Assembly (NCBI RefSeq): GCF_004010195.1
Contig: NC_057759.1
Location: 4,737,661-4,801,660, forward strand
DNA length: 64,000 nt
Direction of reading: 5' to 3'
Source of the DNA: Chiloscyllium plagiosum
Lineage: Eukaryota
Both the position numbers and the translations under genes were made by a program. The notes beneath the pieces were generated by a model. That model saw nothing but the letters and a program-made list of their open reading frames with translations, was not told the DNA's origin and searched no databases. This document shows positions 40,816 to 52,762 of the stretch, piece by piece (position 1 is the stretch's first letter; each line of letters starts with the position of its first letter).

Positions 40816-41453
40816 TGTGATGATGCTATAGCCTTAAGGAGTTACTTTGTCCTGATTTCTTTTAAGAAAGTGATCGAACGAGAGATGAAAAGCTGGCTAG
40901 TTCAGATCACTTCTGTAAAGAGCTGAGGAGGCATTGAGTTTATTTTAATGCAGCCTGAATGAGTGTGGCCAGCTCTCACAGATTAGGATACCTGCGTTTT
41001 GGTTTCTCTTTAACAGCAAAAACTATTAGGGTCTCATCAGAGTTGGAAGCTTCATTGAATGTCTACTGGATGCTACTCTCTCTGAATATTCTCTTCATGT
41101 GTTTTCTTTCTGGACTGGAGAAGTGCATGCAACAATCTACGTGTGAATGTGTTTTTTTGCCAAAAGTTGTGTTTGCGGGATGTTACTAAATTGGAATATT
41201 TAATTGGTAACATGTACTGCCTCTATTATTACGTTAAGTTTTCCAATGGTCACATTATTCTAAAATCTGTTTTCTTTTGTTGTATTTTAGCTACGAGAGT
41301 TTGAATAAATTGTTTTGCTTAGCATCGAATAATGTGACAGTTACATTGCATCTGGAACAGACACAATTAATCCTGCCTTTAAAATAATAAAACGTTATGG
41401 TCTAAGCTCATGCCTCTAAATAATTTTGAGGGGCTTTTGTATGATCGATAACA
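40816..41453 (+). mobile_element. Probable solo LTR
   Basis: TGTGATGATGCT...GATAACA termini, internal AATAAA; ends resemble the reverse complement of 61002-61595. Confidence 0.55.
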
Positions 41454-41519
41454 ATATACTTCTTACCTTCCTGTGAAATAAGCCGGAGGGACTGAAGAGT
41501 CTGAACCTCTTTAGGTTGA

Positions 41520-42920
41520 ATAGATTCATTGGGCTGAATGGCTTCCTCATATTCCTATTGCTTGAGGTGCTGAATGTACTCCTTCTTTTACTATAGAAAT
41601 GCGCAGTGTCTAACAGCGCTGTTACATGAAAGCTACCGACATTTTAACGGCATACGCTTGAATGTTGTTCAGGTCTTACTGCACATAGATACAGACTGTT
41701 CCAGGAGCTGGGGGAGGTGGGGTGTGGGGGTGTGGCGGGAAGGGGAGGGGAGAGGTGGGGAGGGACTTGTTCTGAATCCTGTGTCACCTTCAATGAAGAT
41801 TATTACTTCTGATCTTCTGGTGGCGAGAGACATTGGTGAAGCAGCTGAAGATGTTTGTATTGATGAAGATACCCTGATGATCACCTGCAGAGGTAACCGG
41901 TACTGAAAAGATTGATTTCCACCATCCACAATCACCTTCCTTTTTGCTTTAAATCATTCCAGTAGTGGGAATTTTACAGCTAATTCCCATGACCAGCAAT
42001 TTCGTTCTTGTTCCTTGATACTATCCTCAGTTAAATGGTGTTTGATATTAGGACCGGTCGACTCTTACTGGAGCCCTTGTGTTTACCTCTTCTGTTCATA
42101 TCAAAACTTCTTGGTGTAGGGTCCGGAAACGTTTCTTTTTAAACAGAGAGCAGCAAATGCCAGGAATTCTCTATTACAGAGAGTTGGTGGTGCTAGATCA
42201 CTGCAAGTGTTTAAAGAGGAGGTACATGGATTTTGACCTGTCAGAGAGATGAGAGCTGTGAAGATTGAGCATTGAAGAGGATTTGAAACCTCGAGCATAT
42301 CAGCCATGATCTTCGTGAAAGGCAAGACAGTTGTAGGGGTTTAGGGGAGTGGCAAACGACCTGCTTCTATTTCTGATGTTCTCATAAACTGTTATTGGAA
42401 AGTTGATGGGTTTTATTTTCATGGAAGTTTTGTTATTGAATGTTGCAGTCAGGAAGTTCAGCGAATTTTGAGAGCCATATCTGAGTGACACATGGTAAGA
42501 TTAGATTACATTACAGTGTGGAAACAGGCCCTTCGGCCCAACAAGTCCACACCGACCCGCCGAAGCGAAACCCACCCATACCCCTACATTTACCCCTTAC
42601 CTAACACTATGGGCAATTTAGCATGGCCAATTCACCTGACCCTGCACATCTTTGGACTGTGGGAGGAAACCGGAGCACCCGGAGGAAACCCACGCAGACA
42701 CGGGGAGAACATGCAAACTCCACACAGTCAGTCGCCTGAGGCGGGAATTGAACCCGGGTCTCAGGCGCTGTGAGGCAGCAGTGCTAACCACTGTGCCACC
42801 GTGCCGCCCACACGTCTGTTGGTGTCTGTTATCACAGTGAATCAGGGTCTACAATATGATCAACAAATGAAGCACATGTTGCAGAGGGGGAATTCTCTGT
42901 AAAGAGATATGAGGTATCTC
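41520..42920 (+). repeat. Old segmental duplication, copy 2 (contains a later SINE insertion)
   Basis: Same ordered anchors as 13230-14415. Confidence 0.75.
42496..42809 (-). mobile_element. Full-length young tRNA-derived SINE
   Basis: Reverse complement of 21603-21900 with a complete tRNA-like head. Confidence 0.9.
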
Positions 42921-44964
42921 TTTCATACTCTGCTTTGGCCATTTTTCCTTTTACAGACTGTTTCTCCTGGAATAGGAGAAAGGGAGGGAGTGAAGGTGGG
43001 AGTGGATAGTCCGACTGTTGGTGCTGGAGTAGGTGGGCGGGGAAATAATGCAGTTTCTCGAGGGTGTTACTCCACAGTGTTCTATCCATGCAGTGTTTTT
43101 AGTGTGAGGTGCAGTGGGGAGGAGAGAGGGAGAGAGAGAGAGAAGTGCTGTACACATTAGTGAGAGGAGTGGAGCATGAGCCTTGTTCAGGGTTACGTGT
43201 GAAAACAGATGTACAGTGGATGCGAGGGACGAGAGAGAATATGGTGATACAGAATGGGAAAGGTTATTGATGCTGTTCCTGCCTTGCTAGACAGTTCTTC
43301 AGATCGCAGACGGTGCACTGATCTGCGTGGTGAGCTCAGACTATGCTCGATGGTGCAGCCTTCTTTTGGAAGAGAATGGTGCTGTGAGGTAGCAGTGCTA
43401 GCCAATGAGCCACCAGGCTACTCTGATAACTCCATTAATCTAAATTGTTGATATCAGTGTCAAATAGTTGAGGAGCCAGCATTATTCATTGCAATTGGTA
43501 CTTTATGTTCAACTGACAAGGACATCCCTAATTAAACCTTGCTTCTGGCTCAATAACCAGTCTTCCCCGTATTCTTGTGCAGCAGCATTGAAAGGCTGAA
43601 TATTCCGTTTCGTTTCCTGTGTAACAGTTATGTGGGATTAAAAGATCTGCTCCAATTGCTGAGTAACAAGCTTGAATGTCTGAATGACTTATTTATGCTC
43701 CTGTTTAAAACTCCTGAAGATCCGAATAGACTTTTCAGTGCAAGTGCTGTTGTGAACAGTGCTGATAATTTTGGAACCATGACAGAACAGCACACTCCTG
43801 ACATTATCATGGATGGAAGGCCATTGATGCTGCAGCGACTGATGGCTAACTGTTGTTCATGGATGTCCATTTTTCGTTGCTCAATCCTTTATAATATGAC
43901 CAACTAAGCAGGAGGTAGTTCAATGTAATACAATTTTCACTATCTTCAGTATGAAGCTGAGACTTTCCCTCCACGAGGACTGTATGCTGGGTGCTCCTGC
44001 AGATGCTGTTAGTGACAGATACATCACTGAAAAGTTTGGTGAGAATGCTTCCTTCTAGTTGGTTAAACCATTATTTCCCACAGTTTGGCTGCAGTGTATT
44101 TGAGGCCTCGCCCTTCTCAGTCAGTGGTGGGCCTGTGGGTGGACTTTTAAGTATTACACCCGGAATACTTTATGCATTCTTGCTTCTTCCAAATTGTTTC
44201 AACATCGAGAGGAACTGATTTATCACCGAGTGTGTATGGAGGGCAGGAGATGTCCACCATAAGGACATTTTCTTCACCATCTTTAATCTGTTGCCATGAG
44301 ATTTCCCGGTTCATAAAATTGGGGAATTCCAGTGGAACGCCTTTCCTGAAAATATACTATGGCGTCTCCACCACTGGTGGGTCTGTCCTGCTGGTAGGAC
44401 AGGATATACCCCGAGAGCGCGATGGAGCTCCATGAAACATTACTCATCAGGACTGATGATGTGAGTATGACGTTGTCAGACTGCTTCTTGACCAGTCAAA
44501 TTGAGGAATATAGGTGATAATAGAGCAGTAATAATGGTTTAAAAACTGAATGAACTAAACTCTATCTGCATGTCCTGTTGTATTCTCAAAACAGATGGAG
44601 GAATTCAGTGCATTCATCGAGGTAATTGGTAATGTTATAATGACATTAGAGTGACATGGGTGATCGATATTGAAAACTGAAGAACCAGAACATTTTACAG
44701 CTGGGTGTGTGATACAAAACTGAAAAGGAGGTGGGGGAGATCTCAGAGTAAAGGATGACATCTGTATGTTCGTAAAAGAGGATCCTACATCAAATAATTT
44801 GAGATATTGTCTTCATCTTATTATTTTTGTGGACAAAGTGCCAGTTGAATTGGTTTTAGAGAGAGATTTCCATCGTGAGTCAGAGTGAGAATCACCACAA
44901 GTTCTGGGCCGAAGGGCCTTTGTGCTGTGGGTCTTTATGACTCTATCATATTCCATAGTCGACT

Positions 44965-45255
44965 TTCTGCAGAACATTTTATACCTGACATTCACCAGAA
45001 CATTGTATCCCCAACATTCCATGGAACATTCTGTACCGGACATTCCCCAGAACATTGTATACCCCGAATTCCGTGGAACATTGTACAACAGACATTTACT
45101 GGAGCATTATTACCCGTTATTACCTCGAACATGCTATAGCCAAATTGCCTGGAGAATCCAATAACTGACATACCCGAAAATATTCGAGAAATGACATTTC
45201 CCAGAACATTCTGCAAGCAGCATTCCATGGAACATTTTATATCCGACATTTCTTG
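44965..45255. repeat. Degenerate minisatellite, ~26-bp unit, about 11 copies
   Basis: Units approximating CCAGAACATTGTATACCCGACATTCC. Confidence 0.75.
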
Positions 45256-45836
45256 GACCTTTCTCTAACTGATAATATTTGTGAAAAGCTGGACGTCTGT
45301 GAATTGAACAAAGGATAGGATCCTCAAGGGGTGAGAGCCCGTTCCAGGGAGAAGAAGGCACTCTTCTGAAGCCACCTCAGGTAATTAAAGGGGTGGATAC
45401 AGTTTCCCTGTATTTAACTTTCTTTGTGACAGAGGGTCACATACATGTTAGACGAAAAGACAGAAAGTTCTAAACTCTGTTTGACTTCAAGGAGCTGGGA
45501 GTGAATCCTTCAGGGCGGCTATGTTTTCAACCTGTGTCTGAGGAACTGTAAAGAAGTGATCTGTGTCTGTGCTTGAGTGATTGAGTGCGTGGGAATTTTC
45601 TAGAAACTATTTATTCTCAGCATATTTGTCTGTGTGTTTGGGGAGGGAGGGTAGATTTTGTCTTATATCACATTTTTCGAAATAACACAGAAAATGCCAC
45701 TTGTTATTTCAACTCCAATTATTTCAGTACATCGTTGAATACAGTGGCATGTTTGAAAATCTTTCTCTGCCCTCCATCAAACTGGGAATTTTGACCCCAG
45801 GCTGATGCATAATTTGTTTGTTTTCCTTCCTCACAG

Positions 45837-46744
45837 TTAATGTAATGACGATCTACGTCTTGCTTTATAAAGATTGTGGATTGTCTCCATGTGTCAGACG
45901 TTACCTAGTGGCCATGGCAGTGGCGGATATGCAGGTCATTATACTCGACCTGATATTGAGACACATTCCCATTGTTTATAAGGAACAGTTTTATTTCCTG
46001 GAGTCCATCCCATTGTGTAATATTCACGCTGTTCTGCTTTATGCAGCCACTGACTGTTCAGTCTGGTTCACCGTCGCTTTCACCTTTGATAGATTTGTGG
46101 CCATTGGTTGCCACAAGCTGAAAAGGAAATATTGCAGTGAGAGAACAGTGGCTGTGGTTCTGGGAACACTAACTGTGCTGAGCTGTTTAAAGAATATTTT
46201 CTGGTATTTCATGGTCTCAGATCGATATGGGATGTGGAACTCCCCCTGGTTTTGTGAGGGAAGAATTGGTGTTCTTGAATCTCGTGCCTGGGCCGCAATC
46301 AGGTTCCTCCACCACATTCTAAACCCAGCACTCCCATTTCTCCTGATTCTGCTGCTCAATGTTTTCACGGTCAGACACATTTTAGTGACCAGCAGAGCAC
46401 GCAGGAGACTCCGGGCTCCCACCAACGGGGGTGCTCAGTGTGACACAGAAATGAGAAATCGAAGAATGTCAATCATTTTACTGTTTGTGATCTCGGCCAA
46501 TTTCATACTGTTATGGTCAACGTTAATGGTATATTCTATATGGATACAGATGAAGTGGATTGGCTATCGGTCTGTGTATCTCCATCCTTTTATGCGGAAA
46601 TTGGGATTCACGCTGCAGCTCCTCAGTTGCTGCACAAACACCGCAATTTATGCTGTGACCCAAACAAAGTTCAGAAAGCAGCTGAAGAATGTACTGAAGT
46701 ATCCCTTTACCAAAATTCATCAAGCAATCAAATTCACTCATTAA
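45837..46744 (+). CDS. GPR139/GPR142-like orphan class A GPCR, main coding exon (mid-TM1 to C-terminus), intact
   Basis: Acceptor TTTTCCTTCCTCACAG ending at 45836; open frame with CGLSPCVRRYLVAMAVAD, SVWFTVAFTFDRFVAI, LPFLLILLLN, SIILLFVIS, LLSCCTNTAIY..TQTKFR; AATAAA at 46953-46958. Confidence 0.9.
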
Positions 46745-47419
46745 TCAATCCATCCATGCTTTTCTCATTTCAGTTCAATGTTTCAGCAATGAGGCAGCCT
46801 GTGGCTATTGAAACAGTGAGAGGGTAATGCTGGTTTATGCAACCTTATCACACAGGAGGCAACAGGGACACATTTAATGTTTCTCTAAAGTCAAGGGACA
46901 GTGAAAAAAGGCACCATCCCACTGAATTTATTTATCACTTCAATTTGTGAACAATAAAAATGGTCAATCAAAAGTGAATTACATTGTTGTTTGTCTTCCT
47001 GTTGATGCATCTGAGCTGGAGACAAGCAGACTCATAGAGTAGTAGGGGCGTGAAATGTGCTGTCTATAACAGTAGAAGTCAACTTTCAGTGCATTTAAGT
47101 AGACGTTTGATAAACAGATTTATGAAAATGAAATAATTTAGGTTAGATTGGGTTCAGAATGGTTTCACAGATGGCCATGACATCGAGGGCCGAAGGACTG
47201 TAATTCACATTAATGTTCTATGTTCTAGATTCAGCTCCAAGTTCTGGTTCTCTGGGAAGGGGAGGGTTTGGAGCGGAGATCAGGATTTCCTTTTAAGTCA
47301 CTCTGTCCTTGTTTTCAAATCCGCTCCATCCATTGGGACCTGGCCTTGGCACATGTAAGCTTAACACTCTTGTTCTCTCTCAATCCATACCGAACATGAC
47401 AGTTGGCTAAAGTGAGGGG

Positions 47420-48260
47420 AGAGAGGTTGATGGGTAGGCAGGTAGGGGAAGTATGCTTGACTTTGGATAAATGTGCGGGGAAGTGAGCATGATGGTGGGT
47501 GAATGTGCAGGGGAGTCAGCATTACGGTGGGTGACTGTGTGGGGAAGTGACCATGGCGCTGGTGGTGTGTGTGTGTGTGTGTGTGTGTGGGGGGTGGTGA
47601 GTGAGGGTGACAGTGGGGNNNNNNNNNNNNNNNNNNNNNNNNNNNNNNNNNNNNNNNNNNNNNNNNNNNNNNNNNNNNNNNNNNNNNNNNNNNNNNNNNN
47701 NNNNNNNNNNNNNNNNNNNNNNNNNNNNNNNNNNNNNNNNNNNNNNNNNNNNNNNNNNNNNNNNNNNNNNNNNNNNNNNNNNNNNNNNNNNNNNNNNNNN
47801 NNNNNNNNNNNNNNNNNNNNNNNNNNNNNNNNNNNNNNNNNNNNNNNNNNNNNNNNNNNNNNNNNNNNNNNNNNNNNNNNNNNNNNNNNNNNNNNNNNNN
47901 NNNNNNNNNNNNNNNNNNNNNNNNNNNNNNNNNNNNNNNNNNNNNNNNNNNNNNNNNNNNNNNNNNNNNNNNNNNNNNNNNNNNNNNNNNNNNNNNNNNN
48001 NNNNNNNNNNNNNNNNNNNNNNNNNNNNNNNNNNNNNNNNNNNNNNNNNNNNNNNNNNNNNNNNNNNNNNNNNNNNNNNNNNNNNNNNNNNNNNNNNTGG
48101 AAATGTGTGGGAGTGTGAGGTGACAGCAGGGGAGTTTGTGGAAGAATGAGCGTGATGGTGGGCGAGTATGTGTGGAAGTGAGAATGACGGTGAGGAATGT
48201 GTGGGGTTTTGAACGCGACAACGTGGGAGTGTGTGGAGGAGTAAGCATGATGGTGAGGAA
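47420..48260. repeat. GT/G-rich low-complexity minisatellite spanning an assembly gap (47619-48097)
   Basis: Repeated GTGAG..ATGATGGTG units and (GT)n on either side of the N run. Confidence 0.75.
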
Positions 48261-48309
48261 TTCTGAAGGTGTCCCAATGGGGAGGATCACCCAACAGCAT
48301 ATGCTACCT

Positions 48310-49570
48310 GGGTTTGGCTGATGCTAATTCCAAATATGCTGAGATAGAAAAGGTTTGGCTGTCATCTTTGGTGTAATAAATTTCCAACAATATCTTTACG
48401 GACTTAAACTTGGCATAACAACAGACCACAAACTTCTGATGTGCGAGGTAAAGAAGACAAAGCTGTGTCGCCCATAGCTTCTGGTCGAATTCTAGCCTTT
48501 ATTCTCAGTGCCTAGAATTACAAGTTGCAGAACCCTCCAGGAGCCAACTGGTTGCTGTGAGTGTCTTGAGCTGCCTTATACTGTCAGATACAGCGTTAGT
48601 GTCACCTCCCTGGAAGAGGCCATTATGTTTTTAAACGTTCGGTCCATTCGTCCACTCACCACTGACCATATCCGAATGTGTACACACACATTAAAAAAAA
48701 GCCCTGCCAAAACTAAAACAGCTGGAGTTAGTGGGAGAAACAATCTGGCCATCACAACTGCAACTGAAACTTTTGGGACCCAGCAATGTCACATCAGCGT
48801 GCAGGACCGCATATTACTATGGGGAGCAAGAGTGAATCTCCTGAGAAAATATCCTCGGCAGAAACTGGCTGAACTCCAGCAGCAGCATCCACGGGTTTCC
48901 AAGGTGAAGTTGTTGGCAAGACGTTACGTCTGGTGGTCAGTATTGAATATCGACATTGCTGCGTTGGTGGCTGTCATGAAAATTAAATCGATTTAACTGA
49001 AACGCTAGCAAGCGCCAAGAAAAAGTTTATTTTTAACCTCTGAAAGACGCCTGATAGCTTTGACATATTCCCTTTATACCATAATTCACTTCACCTTATC
49101 AACACCTCAAGACCAGGAGTCTGGAACATTCGAGTTCCTTTCCGTACATGGAGGTGTTTTTCTCATTCCTTGACTGTTGATATGGTAGTTTACTGGCCTT
49201 GTAAGTCTTGCTGTTAGGTCGGTTTAACGTTACATTTTTTTCTATCTGTCCGCAATGCTTTGCAAAGTCCGGCCCTCACTTCTTTGTTTCCCTATGCTTT
49301 TATAGATTTCACAATAAATGTTCATTTTCCATTACAGTGTTGCAGTGCCCAGAGTGAAAACAAAGATAAAACCTACCGCCAGCAGTACCTCCACCATCGT
49401 GGGAACGGCCAGGCAAACCCTTGGACTCAGTAACACGTCAAATATGCCGGGCATTTTTAGAGATGAATATCCCTGATTGTTGTGAATGCCCATTCAGAAT
49501 GGTTGGAGGTGAATAACGTTTGTCCAGCTAACACATGGATATCGATTGAAAAACTGCGAACATCGTTTTG
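48310..49570 (+). mobile_element. Ty3/Gypsy pol remnant (RNase H and integrase), interrupted at ~48975-49330
   Basis: YAEIEK..LAVIFGV..FQQYLYG..TTDHK; HPRVSKVKLLARRYVWW; decayed W..PGKPW..H..YAG..LIVV.AHSEWLEV. Confidence 0.8.
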
Positions 49571-49869
49571 AATGGGGGGGATCAGAACGCTGAACTTTGC
49601 ATTGAATTGTTTCCTCTTTCCGCCCGTTAACCCTCTTTATTTCTGTTACGAAAATCATCTCCTTTATCCATACCATAGTGTTGTGACCACTATCAATAAC
49701 GTTTTCCCTTACTGTCACGTCGAACATCTGCACAGCTCCATTCCCCAGATTGATGTCCAAACTGTATTGTTCCTTGTAGGACCATCTGCACGAAACGCGG
49801 TCATATGTACATTTCAGTACAGCTGGCCTCACTAAACACTTTCTACTGTTATGATCGTAATTAATATTG

Positions 49870-50940
49870 GGGGAAAAAGAATAATTTCCGATTTAATTAC
49901 CGAAGTTTGGAATTTAAAACTATTATAAATTGGCAACATTTATGATCCTCAAATGCCGCTGACTGTTAGGAGCCTATAATATACTCCTACCCGTGTGACT
50001 GCCGCTTTTGACAGTACTTCAATGATAGACCCCTCCTTAGTGCAGTATCTGGATCGATAACTAATAATGCGACGCCAGCTCTGTGTTTGTACTCTCCTCT
50101 GCCTTGGCTGGTGACCCTGTATGCTGGAGTGTAAACTTGTCTGGGGCGTCATTTCATCAAGCAGTTCTCTGTGTCAATCTATGCTCAACCAGTCTGTTTT
50201 AGCTCTAATGTTTCTGCCATCCATACACGTCTTTGACGCTTGAGACATGACACAGCTGAAATGGCTTTGCCTTGGTTCATTTACTAATTGATGTTGTGCT
50301 TCTATTGAGGTAATTCAGTTTGAACTCTGTTGAAACACGTGAAACTCCTCGCAACAGCACATGTCCTACCTGTTAACTGATCACATTCTGATTCGAGTTT
50401 TCTAGTCTGCGCGGAGAGCACCCACCTTCCCCAGAAATGATGCATGTGATCTAGAATCAAAACGCTCCCAATTCTTGGGCCAGTCGTCCATCTGCTGTAT
50501 CCTCCTATTTCTGTGCTCATTAGCCCATGGGATTGTGTATGATCTTGAGACTATAACCTTCAGAATCTTACTTATTGATATTGTCGCTACCCGTACTGGT
50601 TATACAAGGCCTTATCCCTATTACGAGCTATGTCACTAATGCGTGCCATGGCCTCTGCCTTATTATTGTTTCTCTTCAGGATGCAATACAACCAGTCAGC
50701 AGCATCAGGGGGACAACACACTAAATTGGAAACACGGAAGCGCCGACCTACTCCTTTAACTGATGAATCACTTATCACCACTGTTCCATCTTTCTTGTTT
50801 CCTTCCTCCAGTACGACCAGCCCGTTTTGGATGCCAGAAGGAAAGTCCTCACTGCATTTTCTAGATATGCCAAACCTTCCTAAATTCCAGACAGAAAACC
50901 GGCTTATGAGTGGAGCCACAGGAGCCTTCTGCACTGTATG
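49870..50940 (-). mobile_element. Decayed CR1 5' part (ORF1 esterase and start of endonuclease)
   Basis: VVISDSSVKGVGRRF..VCCPP; TRVGVYYR. Confidence 0.65.
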
Positions 50941-50954
50941 CCTGTTGATTAGCC

Positions 50955-52300
50955 TTTTTTATTTATTCACTTTGTATGATGTGGGGTTCACTGCCTGGCA
51001 AGCATTTATTGCCCGTCCCTCGTTACCCATGAGAAGGTGGTGGTGAGCTACCTTCTTAAACTGCTGCAGTCCACCTGCAGAAGATTATCCCAACAATGCC
51101 ATTAGAGGGAGGGAATTCCAGGATTTTGTCGCAGTGACTGTAAAGGGACATTGACATGTTTGCAACTCAGAATGGTGAGTGACTTGAAGGGAAATTTGAA
51201 AGTGTTGGTGTTCGGAAATGTTTGCTGCCCTTATCCTTGGAAGTGGAAGTGGCCGTGTGTTTTGAAGGTGCTATCTGAGGATGTTAGGTGAATTTCTGCA
51301 GTGCATCTTGTCGATAATTTCTACTGCTTATACTGAGTACTGGATTTGGAGGGAGTGGCCACTTCCTGATGCAATGCCAATCAAGGAAGCTGCTTTGTCC
51401 TGGCTGGTTTCAAGCTTCTTTAATGTTTTTGGGGGTGCACTCATCCAGGCAAGTGGGAAGTGTGACATCACACTCCTGACGTGTGCCTTGCAGATGGTAT
51501 AAAGGCGTTGAGGAGTCTGGAGGTGAGTTAGGCCGCAGTATTCATAGCCTCTGATCTGGTCTTGTAGCCACTACGTTTATGTCGTGAGTCCAGTTGAGTT
51601 TCTGATCAATGAACACTCCAGGATGTTCGGGATTGGGGATTCATTGATGGGCTATATTTGGTACAAATGCTAGTTGTCAGTTGTCAATCCAAGCCTTGAT
51701 CATGTCCAATTCTTGTTCCATTTGGACACGGACTTTTTCAGTGTCTGAGGAGTCGTGAATGGTGTGGAGCATTGTGCAATCATCAGTGAGCATCCCCACG
51801 TCTGACCTTAAAATGGATGGAAGGTCACTGATGACGCAGCTGATGGTTGGACCGAGGAACCTAATCTGAGAAACTCTTGCAGAGGAACTGACTTGACTGA
51901 CCTCCAACAAACGTGACAATTGTCTGATGTGGCAGGTATGACTCTAAACACTGAGAATGTGCCTCATGATAACCATTCTTTCCAGTTTTGCTAGGCTGAA
52001 TTGATGGGCTATTGGGTTGAGTGCAGCCTGGATGCCAGGATGTCACTCTCATATCACCTGTGGTCGTCAGTTCTTTCGTCCATGTTTGGACCAAGTCTGT
52101 AATGGTGCCAGAAGCTGAGTGGCCCTGGCGGAACCCAAACACAGCAGGGTATTGCTGAGCAGGTGCTACTTGATAGCGCTGTTTATGACAACTTTCATCA
52201 TTTCACTGATGATCGAGAGTAGATGCTGAGCCGTTAATTATCCGGTTTTATGTGTAGTACATACTTGGACAATTTCCCATATTGTCAGGTAGATGGAACA
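50955..52300 (-). mobile_element. LINE (CR1/L2 clade) RT and 3' end
   Basis: FGFRQGHSASGTITDLVQTWTKEL; LGPTISCVISDLP..MLTDDCTM. Confidence 0.8.
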
Positions 52301-52525
52301 GTTTTCTGGGAGAGGGTCAGGTTCTGGAGCACAAATCCTATCGGCCCTTTATCTATGGTGTGACAACTTAAAGAACTTTCAAACTTAATTTAAAGACACA
52401 TTATTTCTTATAAGAGCATGCCACGAAGCGTCCCTACAACTTTTACATACAGGCGTCAGTTGGATCTAGTCAGCAACCGCACCACGGATGTGTCTTGCTG
52501 AACAGCAGTCTCTATACTTTAACCT

Positions 52526-52762
52526 AAGTTAAAAAAAAATCACACAACACCAGGTTATAGTCTAACAGTTTTTTTCTGGAAGCACTAGCTTCTGGAGTGT
52601 TGCTCCTTCATCAGGTAGTTTTGGGGCAAACCCACTATCAAATGATGAAGGAGCAGCACTCCAGAAACTAGTGCTTCCAGATAAAGCTGTTGGACTATAA
52701 CCTGGTGTTGTGTGGTTTTTAACTTTGCACATCCCAGACCAAAACCAGGACCTCCAATTCAT
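52526..52762. mobile_element. Short palindromic Penelope family B hairpin
   Basis: Inverted arms 52526-~52620 and ~52630-52725 match the termini of 11003-12650; one-sided tail to 52762; ribozyme GAAA box mutated in both arms. Confidence 0.85.

Noticed and set aside
44965..45255. CRISPR-like periodic repeat
   Set aside because: Eukaryotic context, contiguous degenerate units, no spacers and no cas genes
45818..45836. ORF-track start MFSFLT for the GPCR
   Set aside because: It is a TTG within the polypyrimidine tract; the exon begins after the AG at 45836
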